Shown here: positions 44,595 to 55,637 of the stretch, in pieces | Numbering within the stretch: position 1 is the first letter of the stretch | Layout of the letters: each line of letters opens with the position of its first letter | Source: Escherichia coli | GTDB lineage: Bacteria; Pseudomonadota; Gammaproteobacteria; Enterobacterales; Enterobacteriaceae | DNA: 64,000 nt | Assembly: GCF_044324785.1 (NCBI RefSeq) | Contig: NZ_CP172127.1 | Strand: one strand, 5' to 3' | Program-made: the position numbers and the translations under genes | Notes under the pieces: model-generated | What the model saw: only the letters and a program-made list of their open reading frames with translations | What the model was told of the DNA's origin: nothing | Database searches by the model: none

Positions 44595-46181
44595 ATGGCA
44601 CATCCACCACGGCTGAATGACGACAAACCGGTTATCTGGACGGTATCTGTAACGCGGCTGTTCGAGCTGTTTCGCGATATCAGCCTCGAGTTTGATCATC
44701 TGGCGAACATTACCCCTATCCAGCTTGGCTTTGAAAAAGCGGTGACCTACATCCGCAAGAAACTGGCAAGCGAACGCTGTGACGCCATCATCGCTGCTGG
44801 CTCTAACGGCGCATATCTTAAAAGCCGCCTGTCAGTGCCAGTTATTTTGATTAAACCGAGCGGCTACGATGTGTTACAGGCACTGGCAAAAGCCGGAAAA
44901 CTCACCTCTTCTATCGGCGTTGTGACTTATCAGGAAACTATTCCGTCGCTGGTGGCGTTTCAAAAAACCTTTAATTTGCGCCTCGACCAACGTAGCTACA
45001 TTACCGAAGAAGACGCGCGCGGGCAGATTAACGAGCTGAAAGCTAACGGCACCGAAGCGGTGGTCGGCGCGGGGCTGATTACCGATTTGGCAGAAGAAGC
45101 CGGAATGACCGGAATTTTTATCTATTCCGCCGCCACCGTGCGCCAGGCATTCAGCGATGCGCTGGATATGACGCGCATGTCGTTACGCCATAACACTCAC
45201 AATGCCACCCGTAACGCCCTGCGTACTCGTTACGTGCTGGGCGATATGCTCGGTCAATCATCACAGATGGAACAGGTACGGCAGACTATTATGCTGTATG
45301 CCCGCTCCAGTGCGGCGGTGTTGATTGAAGGGGAAACGGGGACGGGCAAAGAGCTGGCGGCCCAGGCGATTCATCGGGAATATTTTGCCCGCCACGATGC
45401 GCGACAGGGCAAAAAGTCGCATCCGTTTGTTGCCGTCAACTGCGGGGCGATTGCCGAATCGCTGCTGGAAGCAGAGCTGTTTGGCTATGAGGAAGGGGCG
45501 TTTACCGGCTCGCGACGCGGAGGACGCGCCGGACTGTTCGAAATTGCCCACGGCGGCACGCTGTTTCTTGACGAGATAGGCGAAATGCCTCTGCCATTGC
45601 AGACTCGGCTGTTACGAGTGCTGGAAGAAAAAGAGGTCACTCGCGTCGGCGGGCATCAGCCTGTTCCGGTGGATGTGCGGGTCATTAGCGCCACCCACTG
45701 CAATCTGGAAGAAGATATGCGGCAAGGGAAGTTTCGCCGTGACCTGTTTTATCGGCTGAGTATTTTGCGTCTGCAATTGCCACCACTGCGCGAGCGGGTG
45801 GCGGATATTCTTCCGCTGGCGGAAAGCTTTTTGAAAGTGTCTCTGGCGGCGCTCTCCGCCCCGTTTTCTGCCGCATTACGCCAGGGATTACAGGCAAGCG
45901 AAACCGTGCTGGTGCACTACGACTGGCCGGGCAATATTCGTGAACTGCGCAATATGATGGAGCGACTGGCGCTGTTTTTAAGTGTGGAACCGACGCCGGA
46001 TTTAACGCCGCAATTTTTGCAGCTGCTACTGCCGGAGCTGGCGCGCGAGTCGGCGAAAATTCCCGCTCCACGCTTACTGACACCACAACAGGCACTGGAG
46101 AAATTTAAAGGCGATAAAACAGCAGCGGCGAATTATTTAGGCATAAGCCGGACGACGTTCTGGCGGCGGCTGAAAAACTGA
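44595..46181 (+). CDS. prpR: Sigma54-dependent activator of the prp operon, 528 aa
   Basis: AAA+ sigma54-interaction motifs ([14 protein letters not shown]); start placed at ATG 44595. Confidence 0.9.
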   Translation: MAHPPRLNDDKPVIWTVSVTRLFELFRDISLEFDHLANITPIQLGFEKAVTYIRKKLASERCDAIIAAGSNGAYLKSRLSVPVILIKPSGYDVLQALAKAGKLTSSIGVVTYQETIPSLVAFQKTFNLRLDQRSYITEEDARGQINELKANGTEAVVGAGLITDLAEEAGMTGIFIYSAATVRQAFSDALDMTRMSLRHNTHNATRNALRTRYVLGDMLGQSSQMEQVRQTIMLYARSSAAVLIEGETGTGKELAAQAIHREYFARHDARQGKKSHPFVAVNCGAIAESLLEAELFGYEEGAFTGSRRGGRAGLFEIAHGGTLFLDEIGEMPLPLQTRLLRVLEEKEVTRVGGHQPVPVDVRVISATHCNLEEDMRQGKFRRDLFYRLSILRLQLPPLRERVADILPLAESFLKVSLAALSAPFSAALRQGLQASETVLVHYDWPGNIRELRNMMERLALFLSVEPTPDLTPQFLQLLLPELARESAKIPAPRLLTPQQALEKFKGDKTAAANYLGISRTTFWRRLKN

Positions 46182-46184
46182 ACT

Positions 46185-46216
46185 GCCGAATGCAGCGCGA
46201 ACGCTTTATCCGGCAT
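46185..46216. repeat. REP element downstream of prpR
   Basis: GCCGAATGCAGCGCGAACGCTTTATCCGGCAT. Confidence 0.7.
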
Positions 46217-46281
46217 AAATTTCAATAGATGATGATCACCGATAAACTTACGCATCGGGGATGTTTACATAGGTTTCAGAA

Positions 46282-46557
46282 TTACTTCTTCTTATAAATA
46301 TTTGCCGTACCGTGAATCTTATTGTCAGTTTGACCAGAGGTCAGCACCAACACATCAGCCCCTTTTTCATCGGCTTTTTTGATTAAATCTTCTTTTGCAT
46401 CTGCAGTCGACATTTCATTACTGGTTGAAATATCACCTATTTTTTCATATTGCGATTCAACTTTTTCAAATTCCGCTTTGGTCATCAATTCAGCGGCATA
46501 GACATTGGTAACGGCAAACGCTAACGCACCGACTAACATTTTAGAGATTATTTTCAT
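46282..46557 (-). CDS. yahO: DUF1471-family periplasmic protein YahO, 91 aa
   Basis: Signal peptide [21 protein letters not shown]. Confidence 0.85.
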   Translation of the reverse strand: MKIISKMLVGALAFAVTNVYAAELMTKAEFEKVESQYEKIGDISTSNEMSTADAKEDLIKKADEKGADVLVLTSGQTDNKIHGTANIYKKK

Positions 46558-46703
46558 ATTACGGCTCCAGAGTTGTTATCACACTATCACCCACCGACAT
46601 TATTGGGTTGATTAATAATTAGTTCAGTCAGGGCATAAACGCCAGTAACCGGAAATAAGACACTTTGTGATCTCTCTCGCACCCCATTATTTTTGGTAGA
46701 AAT

Positions 46704-47375
46704 ATGATGCAGTTAGTTCACTTATTTATGGATGAAATCACTATGGATCCTTTGCATGCCGTTTACCTGACCGTAGGACTGTTCGTGATTACTTTTTTTA
46801 ATCCGGGAGCCAATCTCTTTGTGGTAGTACAAACCAGCCTGGCTTCCGGTCGACGCGCAGGAGTGCTGACCGGACTGGGCGTGGCGCTGGGCGATGCATT
46901 TTATTCCGGGTTGGGTTTGTTTGGTCTTGCAACGCTAATTACGCAGTGTGAGGAGATTTTTTCGCTTATCAGAATCGTCGGCGGCGCTTATCTCTTATGG
47001 TTTGCGTGGTGCAGCATGCGCCGCCAGTCAACACCGCAAATGAGCACACTACAACAACCGATTAACGCCCCCTGGTATGTCTTTTTTCGCCGCGGATTAA
47101 TTACCGATCTCTCTAACCCGCAAACCGTTTTATTTTTTATCAGTATTTTCTCAGTAACATTAAATGCCGAAACACCAACATGGGCACGTTTAATGGCCTG
47201 GGCGGGGATTGTGCTCGCATCAGTTATCTGGCGCGTTTTTCTTAGTCAGGCGTTTTCTTTGCCCGCAGTGCGTCGTGCTTATGGGCGTATGCAACGCGTT
47301 GCCAGTCGGGTTATTGGTGCAATTATTGGTGTATTCGCGCTACGCCTGATTTACGAAGGGGTGACGCAGCGGTGA
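46704..47375 (+). CDS. yahN: LysE/RhtB-family amino-acid exporter, 223 aa
   Basis: Six-TM hydrophobic profile typical of the family. Confidence 0.85.
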   Translation: MMQLVHLFMDEITMDPLHAVYLTVGLFVITFFNPGANLFVVVQTSLASGRRAGVLTGLGVALGDAFYSGLGLFGLATLITQCEEIFSLIRIVGGAYLLWFAWCSMRRQSTPQMSTLQQPINAPWYVFFRRGLITDLSNPQTVLFFISIFSVTLNAETPTWARLMAWAGIVLASVIWRVFLSQAFSLPAVRRAYGRMQRVASRVIGAIIGVFALRLIYEGVTQR

Positions 47376-47391
47376 GCAGATAATTTACTCT

Positions 47392-47637
47392 CTACGTAAT
47401 CAACCTGATTTGCCGAATCCCGACCATCGGCGATGATAGCCCCCGTAATGCGTGGTCCTTATTTCCGATAAGTTTACTTGAGTCTTTAGCTTCCCATTTC
47501 AGCCCACTCTCCCCTGTGTGGGCTTTTTTCATTGCTCTGACCCGTCCTGAATAGCCAAACAATGGCAATGTTCCACTTTGCAGGGATGATAATAAGGGGA
47601 TCTGATTCAGAAGAGTTTTGAAAAGTTGGACCGCCAT
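47392..47637 (-). CDS. yahM: Small uncharacterised protein, about 81 aa (YahM-like)
   Basis: Short ORF at the K-12 yahM position; start (47637 versus 47667) and coding status not established. Confidence 0.4.
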   Translation of the reverse strand: MAVQLFKTLLNQIPLLSSLQSGTLPLFGYSGRVRAMKKAHTGESGLKWEAKDSSKLIGNKDHALRGLSSPMVGIRQIRLIT

Positions 47638-48049
47638 CGAGGCCTCGAACCCCGTACCATACAACAATCCTGGTTGTCGTCTGCTCTTCCTGATGAGCTA
47701 ATGGCGGTTTTTGATATGAGCCTTACAGCATATTTTCTGTCAGGCTTGAGTGCGATGCGTAAGATACAGAAAAGACCCCACACAAACATGATGGAATTAT
47801 GATTTTTTTCATATGAATGTCAACCCACACATTCACAAAACATCTGCATGAGATCATTTTTTATACACCGTATAGCTGCGAAACCACTGCTGATGCTTTT
47901 TTAAGCGAAGTGTCGCCGATCACAACAAAATATCGGCGAAAAAAGAGATGGAATGCCAGTTGGCATACAGATATACAGATGAAATGATTACCTGCATTGC
48001 GATTCACTCTCTGGTGGAATAACAACTTGCAGGTGGAACCCTTTCTGAA

Positions 48050-48865
48050 CTAAAGAGTGTAGCGGATTTTAACGTGCTTATTTACAGGATAATATCTGTC
48101 ACCTAATTCCTGCACTCTATTAGATATCCATTCATTTAATCGCGCATCATCTCTGTATGTTTTTACGTCCAGAACAGAGAGCAATAACCTCACCAGTGAT
48201 TCAGGAAAAACAGGGTAGATATTTTTTAAGTGTAATAATAATCCATGCGCAAGCGCCTGCTTAATGGGCGCGTCGGTCTCCGGGATAGACGACATTTCGC
48301 TAAGCCACTTTTCCACATGCATACACTCTTTCCCTTTAGGGAAAAGTCTCAGCAAAGGCATATGGTGTTCAAGAAGAATACATTTGCAATCTGTTCGCAC
48401 TGAATCGATAAACTGCACTAATTTCTTAAGCCCGGTAAAGCGTCCAGCCTGCACGTTTGCTTTAATATCAAGAAACGCATCATCCTGGTCATATACCCAA
48501 ACTGTCCCTTTTTGATTTTCAAGTATGCGAAAAACAAACTTAACCGGGTGATCAGGGTAATCCATCCAGTCATAAAACCCAGGGAAATCATTAAACTGCA
48601 CATTTATGGTGAGTGCGTTATCGTCTGACCACTCACAGTCTCGTACGGCAGCCATGAGATGAATGAGTTTGTCGTCATCGACTAAATCATCACGACAATC
48701 ATAAGGATAATCATAATATTGTTTAATCAAAACCTTGAATATATCGACACAGGAGACCAGGGAGCTTTTGATATCCTCTGATAACTGATTGTTTTTAACC
48801 GTATTAAGTATGCTTTGTTGCGTATATGGCATCAAATTATTGTGCGGAGCTTTTAATGATATCAT
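48050..48865 (-). CDS. yahL: Uncharacterised protein YahL, 271 aa, low-GC gene
   Basis: 271-aa ORF with no domain I recognise; markedly AT-rich coding sequence. Confidence 0.75.
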   Translation of the reverse strand: MISLKAPHNNLMPYTQQSILNTVKNNQLSEDIKSSLVSCVDIFKVLIKQYYDYPYDCRDDLVDDDKLIHLMAAVRDCEWSDDNALTINVQFNDFPGFYDWMDYPDHPVKFVFRILENQKGTVWVYDQDDAFLDIKANVQAGRFTGLKKLVQFIDSVRTDCKCILLEHHMPLLRLFPKGKECMHVEKWLSEMSSIPETDAPIKQALAHGLLLHLKNIYPVFPESLVRLLLSVLDVKTYRDDARLNEWISNRVQELGDRYYPVNKHVKIRYTL

Positions 48866-49107
48866 CGCGATCTCTCTTAAATAAAAATAAACGTCGCAGA
48901 TAATAAAGCCCTGATTAAACCAGGCACTATCAGAAATCGCTCATAACGAACGTGTGAAGTATTGTGTACTGGAGGGAGTTAATTTAACAATTTGAATTTA
49001 CGTTATAGGTTTTACTGCTACTTTGATATTATTTCGCTCTCCTTAACTAAAAAGTTAAGTGGAGAGCGAAGTTAATATGTTAAACCACAGGGTATTTATT
49101 AATTTTT

Positions 49108-50157
49108 TCAGTCTGTTAGTGTGCGATTATCGATAACAAAACGATATTTCACATCTCCTCGCAGCATTCGCTCATAGGCTTCATTAATTTGATCGGCCCG
49201 AATCATCTCTATATCAGCCACGATGCCATGTTCGGCGCAAAAATCGAGCATCTCCTGTGTTTCTGGAATGCCGCCAATCATAGAACCGGCTATCGCACGG
49301 CGTTTCATGATCAGGTTGAAAACTTCCGGTGATTTATGCGGTGTCGCAGGCGCACCAACCAGCGTCATGGTGCCATCACGCTTCAGCAAGGTGGTAAAAT
49401 CGTCGAGATTATGTGGCGCAGCTACTGTATTCAAAATGAAATCGAAACTCTTGAGATGAGCCGCCATCTCATCGGCATTGCGTGAGTTAACAACTTCATC
49501 GGCCCCCAGGGCTTTTGCCGCTTCGCGTTTTGCCTCAGAAGTGGTAAATGCCACCACATGCGCCCCCATCGCGTGGGCCAGCTTAATCCCCATATGTCCC
49601 AGACCGCCGATGCCAACCACGCCCACTTTTTTACCCGGCCCGGCCTGCCAGTGACGTAGCGGCGAGTATGTGGTGATCCCTGCACACAATAAAGGAGCCA
49701 CCGCCGCCAGCTGCTCTTGCGGGTGACGAATACGCAGAACATATCGCTCATGAACGACGATCTGTTGTGAGTAGCCGCCCAGCGTATGGCCCGGTTCGTC
49801 CGGCGTCGGCGAGTTATAGGTGCCGGTCATGTGATCACAGTAGTTTTCCAGCCCGTCTTCACACTCTTCGCAATGTTTACAACTGTCGACAATACAGCCG
49901 ACACCGACCAGATCGCCCGGCGCATATTTTTCTACCTGATCACCAACGGCTACCACGCGCCCTACAATTTCATGGCCCGGCACGCAGGGATAAACCGTCC
50001 CCGCCCACTCGGAACGGACCTGGTGGAGATCGGAATGGCAGACGCCACAGTAAGCGATTTCGATTTTGACATCATTCGGTCCCGGTTCACGCCGGGTGAT
50101 ATCCATCGGTTCAAGTGGTTGTTTAGCGGAATATGCACCAACAGCTTTGATCTTCAT
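49108..50157 (-). CDS. yahK: NADPH-dependent aldehyde reductase (zinc-type ADH), 349 aa
   Basis: Motifs GHEIVG and GVVGIGGLGH. Confidence 0.9.
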   Translation of the reverse strand: MKIKAVGAYSAKQPLEPMDITRREPGPNDVKIEIAYCGVCHSDLHQVRSEWAGTVYPCVPGHEIVGRVVAVGDQVEKYAPGDLVGVGCIVDSCKHCEECEDGLENYCDHMTGTYNSPTPDEPGHTLGGYSQQIVVHERYVLRIRHPQEQLAAVAPLLCAGITTYSPLRHWQAGPGKKVGVVGIGGLGHMGIKLAHAMGAHVVAFTTSEAKREAAKALGADEVVNSRNADEMAAHLKSFDFILNTVAAPHNLDDFTTLLKRDGTMTLVGAPATPHKSPEVFNLIMKRRAIAGSMIGGIPETQEMLDFCAEHGIVADIEMIRADQINEAYERMLRGDVKYRFVIDNRTLTD

Positions 50158-50243
50158 TGTGTTTACTCCTGATTAGCTATGTGTATTTGGCGACGCCTGA
50201 TATGTCATCGCGGCAAAACGCGTCCATTGAATATAGCCAATAT

Positions 50244-51230
50244 TTAAACCACCCGATCCAGCCCCAACATGCCGCGAGCCTGAATGAAACAGAGCAGCAA
50301 CGTTCCCCATAAGGCCATCGTCAGGTAGGGGCTTATACCGAGAATATTGAAGCCGCTTTCAATAATTTGCAGAAGAAACAGCGCCAGCACCATACCAATT
50401 ATCCGCCCGCTGCCGCCGTCCGGATTAACCCCGCCGAGTACTGCCGCGAGGATTGACACCAGCAAGTACGATTCGCCATAAGAGGCCTTAGCCGAGTTGA
50501 GTTTCGACATCATCAAAAATGCCGCTACCGCACAAAGCAAGGCGGAAATGACATACACCCATATCAGCACCCGACGAGTGTTAATACCGGAGTAAAGTGT
50601 TGCTCGTTCGTTAGAACCAATCAGATAAATGGCTTTACCGAGCGGCGTTTTCTCCAGCAATATCCACAGTCCCAGCGCCACTGCGGTAAACAACCACATC
50701 GGTAGCGGAATACCGAACCACTGTGCATGATTCAACCACAGCACCCATGAGGGATAATTGGCAATGGCGCTACCACCTGTCACCAGAATATTTATCCCTT
50801 TGAGCAACGTCATCATCCCAAGCGTTGCAAGAATTGGCGACACTCGAATACCAGCAATCAATACGCCGTTACATAAACCGATTATCACCGCCGCGCCAGC
50901 GCCCGCCAGTAACGTAGCGACAACCGTAGCAATACCCGGTGGATACTGAGTCGCCACCCACGCCATCACCAGTGAACAGGCGTTAGCAGTGGCTATAATT
51001 GACAAGTTAATGCCACCGCAAAGCATGGTCACCGCCATAGCCAACGCCAGAATGCCCAGCACGGGCATTTGCGAAGCGACGGACTGGAAATTACTTATCG
51101 ACCAGAAAATCTCCGGCATAGTAATGCTGAAGGCGGCAACAGTTAGCACCAGCAGGCCGATCAAGTAAAACTCAACGTTATTACGCCACGATTTTTTCAT
51201 AGCAGACTCCGGTTCTGATGCTGACTCCAC
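50244..51230 (-). CDS. Sugar-type ABC transporter permease (RbsC/LsrD-like), 328 aa
   Basis: Polytopic hydrophobic protein of the monosaccharide-permease type; overlaps the upstream permease by 34 nt. Confidence 0.75.
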   Translation of the reverse strand: MESASEPESAMKKSWRNNVEFYLIGLLVLTVAAFSITMPEIFWSISNFQSVASQMPVLGILALAMAVTMLCGGINLSIIATANACSLVMAWVATQYPPGIATVVATLLAGAGAAVIIGLCNGVLIAGIRVSPILATLGMMTLLKGINILVTGGSAIANYPSWVLWLNHAQWFGIPLPMWLFTAVALGLWILLEKTPLGKAIYLIGSNERATLYSGINTRRVLIWVYVISALLCAVAAFLMMSKLNSAKASYGESYLLVSILAAVLGGVNPDGGSGRIIGMVLALFLLQIIESGFNILGISPYLTMALWGTLLLCFIQARGMLGLDRVV

Positions 51231-52168
51231 GCCGTGGCGCTAATGCTGGCAACGATGATGATGCCGGTGATCAATGTTTGCCAGTAAGACGAGACTCCCA
51301 ATAAATTTAGCCCGTTTTGCATTACTGCCAACAACACCACGCCGAGCAAAGTACCGGTTAACGTGCCGCGCCCGCCGAGCAAACTAGTGCCGCCAAGCAC
51401 CACCGCAGCCAGTACTGTCAGCTCATAACCCAGAAGAGAATCGGGGGCGACAGTCATCACCGTCCACGACTGCACTACACCCGCAGCACCAGACATCAAT
51501 CCCATATAGCCGTAGACGAAAAGTTGCAGTTTCAGCACGCTAAAGCCGATGCGACTGGCTGATTCACGGTTCCCGCCAAGGGCATAAATTTTGCGCCCTA
51601 CACTGGTGAAATTCATGATAAACGCTGTTAGCAGCACCACCGTAATCATGGCGATCAGCGGTAGACCAAGGCCATAGTCATAGCCATCAGCATCGGTGTA
51701 CTTGAACAACATTACCCCCTGCTCAAACCACGGCGGAAAGTCGTACAGCCACACACCTTTACTCAACCATAACAGCAGGCCATAGAAAATATTCAGCGTC
51801 GAGATAGTGATGATGATAGAAGGCACCCGTAGGCGATTAACCAGTAAGGCGTTTATTAAGCCAAGTAAAATGCCGATGCCGCCCGCCAGTGCAAACGCGA
51901 CAGCGAAGTTGCCACCAATTTTTTGCAGCAACAGCACCATGCCGTATTGCGCAATGATGGTCATTGCCGGAAACGAAATATCAATTCCACCGGAAATCAA
52001 CACCACAAACAAACCACAGGCGAGAATAGTCAACATGGCATAGTTATTGGCGAGATCGTACAAATTACCGAATGTCAGAAACTCGTCGCTGCGCCAGGCA
52101 AGGCCGACAAACAGCCCCACAATCAGTAATGCCAGCCAGAATTCATGACGTTTTTTCAGTTCAGCCAT
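51197..52168 (-). CDS. Sugar-type ABC transporter permease (RbsC/LsrC-like), 323 aa
   Basis: Polytopic hydrophobic protein; 8-nt overlap with the ATPase gene. Confidence 0.75.
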   Translation of the reverse strand: MAELKKRHEFWLALLIVGLFVGLAWRSDEFLTFGNLYDLANNYAMLTILACGLFVVLISGGIDISFPAMTIIAQYGMVLLLQKIGGNFAVAFALAGGIGILLGLINALLVNRLRVPSIIITISTLNIFYGLLLWLSKGVWLYDFPPWFEQGVMLFKYTDADGYDYGLGLPLIAMITVVLLTAFIMNFTSVGRKIYALGGNRESASRIGFSVLKLQLFVYGYMGLMSGAAGVVQSWTVMTVAPDSLLGYELTVLAAVVLGGTSLLGGRGTLTGTLLGVVLLAVMQNGLNLLGVSSYWQTLITGIIIVASISATAWSQHQNRSLL

Positions 52169-53660
52169 TTACCACCTCCGCAATCCTGGCCTGAGAACTG
52201 CTGTCAGGCAGGAAGCTATGGGTGATCTGACCTTTCTGCATTACCAAAATCCGGTGGCTTTGATACCACGCTTCTTCAATTTCATCGCAGATCATCAATA
52301 CCGCAATGCCATGAGCCGCCAGATCGCTGATAATGCCGTATATTCCTGCTTTGTTGGCGATATCAACACCGACTGTCGGGCTATCGAGAATCAACAGTCG
52401 TGGCCCAATCGCCAGCCATTTGGCGATCGATACTCGCTGCGCGTTACCCCCGGAAAGCGTACTCACCGGGAGATGTGGGTCAGAGACTTTGATGGTCAAT
52501 GCCTTGATTAGCCTGTCCACCAGGTCACGCACTTTAGCTTCACTCAGAAAGCCGAAGCGATCTTTTACCTTGTGAAAAACAGTGCTAATGATGTTGTCTT
52601 CAATAGATTGCGCCATCACCAAACCGCGCGACATGCGATCTTCCGAAACATAACCAATACCGTGGCGGATGGCGTCCTGGTTACTATGCAGTGTAACCGG
52701 CTGACCGTTGATGAGGATCTCACCAGCATCCGGTCGGGTCATACCAAACAGACTCAGACATAATTCCGTGCGCCCCGCACCAAGCAGGCCAACAATCGAC
52801 ACCACTTCGCCCGCTTCCACCCGCAAGTTAATATTTTGATATTCCCCATGACGACTTAAATTACGCACCTCCAGCACTGGGGTGCTGGATTTTCCCTGCC
52901 ACAACTCTCGTACCTGATATTCGAACTCCTGGCCGGTCATCAGAAAACTGAGTTGTTTTGTGGTCATCTCTGCGGCCGGAAAGGTCCCGACCAGCTCACC
53001 ATCTTTCAGCACTGAAATACGGTCGGAAACTTCCATCACTTCTTCCAGACGATGACTGACGAAGACCACGCAGATCCCGCGTTCCCGCAATTGATGCACC
53101 ACCTGTAATAACCCTTGCACTTCCTGATGGGTCAGCGAAGCGGTTGGTTCATCCATCACGATCAACCGTGCGTCCTGCGCCAGTGCACGGCAAATTGCCA
53201 CCAGCTGACAGCGGGCAATTGAAAGCTCAGAAACGAGCGTATCCAGAGGCAATGTGACGTTAATACTGGTCATTGCCGCCTGCGCCACCTCACGCAGACG
53301 ACGTCGGTTAACAAACAGACCGTGGTGATAGTGATTCACGGCGATATTCTCCCAGACACTCAGGTTAGGAAATAAAGAGAGGTCCTGATAAATCACCTGA
53401 ATCCCCTGCGCCACCGAAGCGGCGGGTGTCAGCTTTGACCAGTTTTTCCCACCAAGCGTAATTTCCGCCCCCTCATCCGGGCGATAAACACCGGACATAA
53501 TTTTAATCAACGTCGATTTACCACAGCCGTTTTGCCCGGCAAGGCAGTGCACCTCACCCGACATAAAGTCGAGAGAAACATCGCGCAGCGCTCGCGTGGC
53601 ATGAAACGTTTTGTTGATATGACGAAGGGAAAGGAAGGTTTCCATAGCATCCCCTGGCAA
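52161..53660 (-). CDS. Two-domain ABC transporter ATP-binding protein (RbsA/LsrA-like), 499 aa
   Basis: Two Walker A motifs (GQNGCGKST and GLLGAGRTE) and signature LSGGNAQRV. Confidence 0.85.
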   Translation of the reverse strand: MPGDAMETFLSLRHINKTFHATRALRDVSLDFMSGEVHCLAGQNGCGKSTLIKIMSGVYRPDEGAEITLGGKNWSKLTPAASVAQGIQVIYQDLSLFPNLSVWENIAVNHYHHGLFVNRRRLREVAQAAMTSINVTLPLDTLVSELSIARCQLVAICRALAQDARLIVMDEPTASLTHQEVQGLLQVVHQLRERGICVVFVSHRLEEVMEVSDRISVLKDGELVGTFPAAEMTTKQLSFLMTGQEFEYQVRELWQGKSSTPVLEVRNLSRHGEYQNINLRVEAGEVVSIVGLLGAGRTELCLSLFGMTRPDAGEILINGQPVTLHSNQDAIRHGIGYVSEDRMSRGLVMAQSIEDNIISTVFHKVKDRFGFLSEAKVRDLVDRLIKALTIKVSDPHLPVSTLSGGNAQRVSIAKWLAIGPRLLILDSPTVGVDIANKAGIYGIISDLAAHGIAVLMICDEIEEAWYQSHRILVMQKGQITHSFLPDSSSQARIAEVVNG

Positions 53661-53693
53661 TAAGAATCGGGGCTTTCGCCCCGAAGAAATGGA

Positions 53694-54680
53694 TTAATAA
53701 AGTGAGTCGATATTGTCTTTGTTGACCAGTAATACCTTATGGAAACGGATAATTCGCTTATCCATATCTACGTCGGCCTTACCGAGATTCTCCATTTCTA
53801 ATCCAGGTTTGATCTCTTCACCCTTCAGCAACGTGCTGGCGACGGCCGCGAGTGCGTAACCTGCAGAGGCCGGATCGTAAGTAATCCCTTCGGTGATATC
53901 ACCACTTTTAATCAGTGATGCCGCCTGTGAAGGGATCATCATGCCATAGACTGCGACTTTATTTTTCGCCCGTTTCTCTTTCACTGCACGTCCCGCGCCA
54001 ATCGGACCGTTTGAACCAAAGGAGACAACCGCTTTCAAGTCAGGATAGGTTTTCATGAGGTCCAGTGTGGTACGACGTGAGTCATCCACACTCTCGGCAA
54101 CCGGCATGCGGCGGGTAACTTCATGCATATCCGGGTAATGCTCTTTCTGGTATTTCACCAGCAAGTCAGCCCATAAGTTATGCTGCGGCACGGTCAAACT
54201 ACCCACGTAAATCACATAGCCGCCCTTGCCACCCATGCGTTTCGCCATATGCTCAACATATTCAGCGGCAAATTTTTCGTTATCAATGATTTCGATATCC
54301 CAGTTAGCACTTGGCTGACCGGGGGATTCGTTGGTCAGAACCACAATTCCGGCATCTCGCGCTTTTTTGAATACCGGTTCCAGCACGTTGGCATCGTTTG
54401 GCACAATTGTAATTGCATTAACCTTACGGGCGATTAAATCCTCAATAATTTTAACTTGTTGCGGAGCATCAGTACTTGAAGGCCCCACCTGTGACGCATT
54501 AACACCAAAGGCTTTACCCGCCTCAACCACACCTTCGCCCATGCGATTAAACCACGGCATACCATCGACTTTAGAGATATTCACCACGACTTTTTCCGCT
54601 GCCTGGAGCGGCGCAGAAATTAGCGCAGCGCCTAATAACAGCGAAGACACCATATTGATAACAAAACGTTTATTCATCAT
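53694..54680 (-). CDS. Periplasmic sugar-binding protein (LsrB/RbsB-type), 328 aa
   Basis: Signal peptide MMNKRFVINMVSSLLLGAALISAPLQA; C-terminus …FHKVLLVNKDNIDSLY resembles the LsrB C-terminus as I recall it. Confidence 0.7.
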   Translation of the reverse strand: MMNKRFVINMVSSLLLGAALISAPLQAAEKVVVNISKVDGMPWFNRMGEGVVEAGKAFGVNASQVGPSSTDAPQQVKIIEDLIARKVNAITIVPNDANVLEPVFKKARDAGIVVLTNESPGQPSANWDIEIIDNEKFAAEYVEHMAKRMGGKGGYVIYVGSLTVPQHNLWADLLVKYQKEHYPDMHEVTRRMPVAESVDDSRRTTLDLMKTYPDLKAVVSFGSNGPIGAGRAVKEKRAKNKVAVYGMMIPSQAASLIKSGDITEGITYDPASAGYALAAVASTLLKGEEIKPGLEMENLGKADVDMDKRIIRFHKVLLVNKDNIDSLY

Positions 54681-54930
54681 TTCAGCCTCATTGCAGGGTA
54701 GTCAGGAAGTGTTCGCCCAAATTAGCGCGCTGGAGAGAATAAGAATTTTCGAATATTTTTATGCAGAATAAACAGCCCTATTTCAGGCAGCTATTAAAAA
54801 TTTGGTTATAAATATGGACAAAACGGGCAGCAATAATAAGTGTGACACTCATCACGTAAAAAATAGCAAAATAAACAAAATTAGCGATATTTTATGTTTG
54901 TGAGCTTATTTCGCGTAGAAAAATAGTTAT

Positions 54931-55341
54931 CTACACAACGTCAATAAGGGCATATTCTTCAAAGATAACGTCCATTTCGGGTGAATAGCATCCTTCTGCC
55001 TGGAAAAAACGACGGTGTTCATTACGCCAATATTCAAGACTGAGGTCACCTTCACCTTCCTTACGGGCAAGCTCCGCGGTGACATCAGAAAAGCGCAGTA
55101 AATGCAGGCCAATCACTCTGATAACACAGACAGGCTCACCACGGCTATTTTCTACAATCTTATACTCACCAATCATCGGAAATGCGTTGTCTTCAATACA
55201 TCCCGCCAGCGAACCACAGGAAGCTGTTTTAACACCTGTCGCAATCAACGTTGCGAGGTGATCGGCCAACGCTGCTGAATCGCCAAAAGTACAAAAGGAA
55301 GCATGGGGATATTTTTGTGAGATTTTTTCTTTTATGGTCAT
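54931..55341 (-). CDS. Small cytoplasmic protein, possible ASCH/PUA-like domain, about 136 aa
   Basis: Segment TGVKTASCGSL resembles the ASCH G-x-K-T motif; start (55341 versus 55374) uncertain. Confidence 0.45.
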   Translation of the reverse strand: MTIKEKISQKYPHASFCTFGDSAALADHLATLIATGVKTASCGSLAGCIEDNAFPMIGEYKIVENSRGEPVCVIRVIGLHLLRFSDVTAELARKEGEGDLSLEYWRNEHRRFFQAEGCYSPEMDVIFEEYALIDVV

Positions 55342-55637
55342 GAGAATATTTTCGCGATTACGGAAAAAAATCACATCTTAATTACTGTAGATAACCATCA
55401 GCAAGAGGATCATTGGTTTTCCTATGTTTAATCTTTTTTATCCGAAGCAGGTCACATTTATGGCTTGATAAATACCTTTGTTAAAACTCACTTTTGTGTA
55501 TTTCTCTCAAATAATCCCCTGGAAATTATGCCGGGAGATTATAAAGTTCAGGATCATTCATTAACAAACCATTCCCGCCCCACTCCCTGGGGCTTAAATC
55601 TCTTACGATTCACCGTTGCAGACATATCAAATGCGCA

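Noticed and set aside
47640-47720. Possible tRNA-like fragment (…CCTCGAACCCCGTACC…) in the yahM-yahL spacer
   Set aside because: No cloverleaf can be drawn, and there is no T-arm GTTCGAATC or acceptor/CCA context; the resemblance is superficial.
48990-49070. Imperfect hairpin (TCGCTCTCCTTAACT … AGTTAAGTGGAGAGCGA) downstream of yahK
   Set aside because: The stem is interrupted and there is no U-tract on either strand, so it was not called as a terminator.
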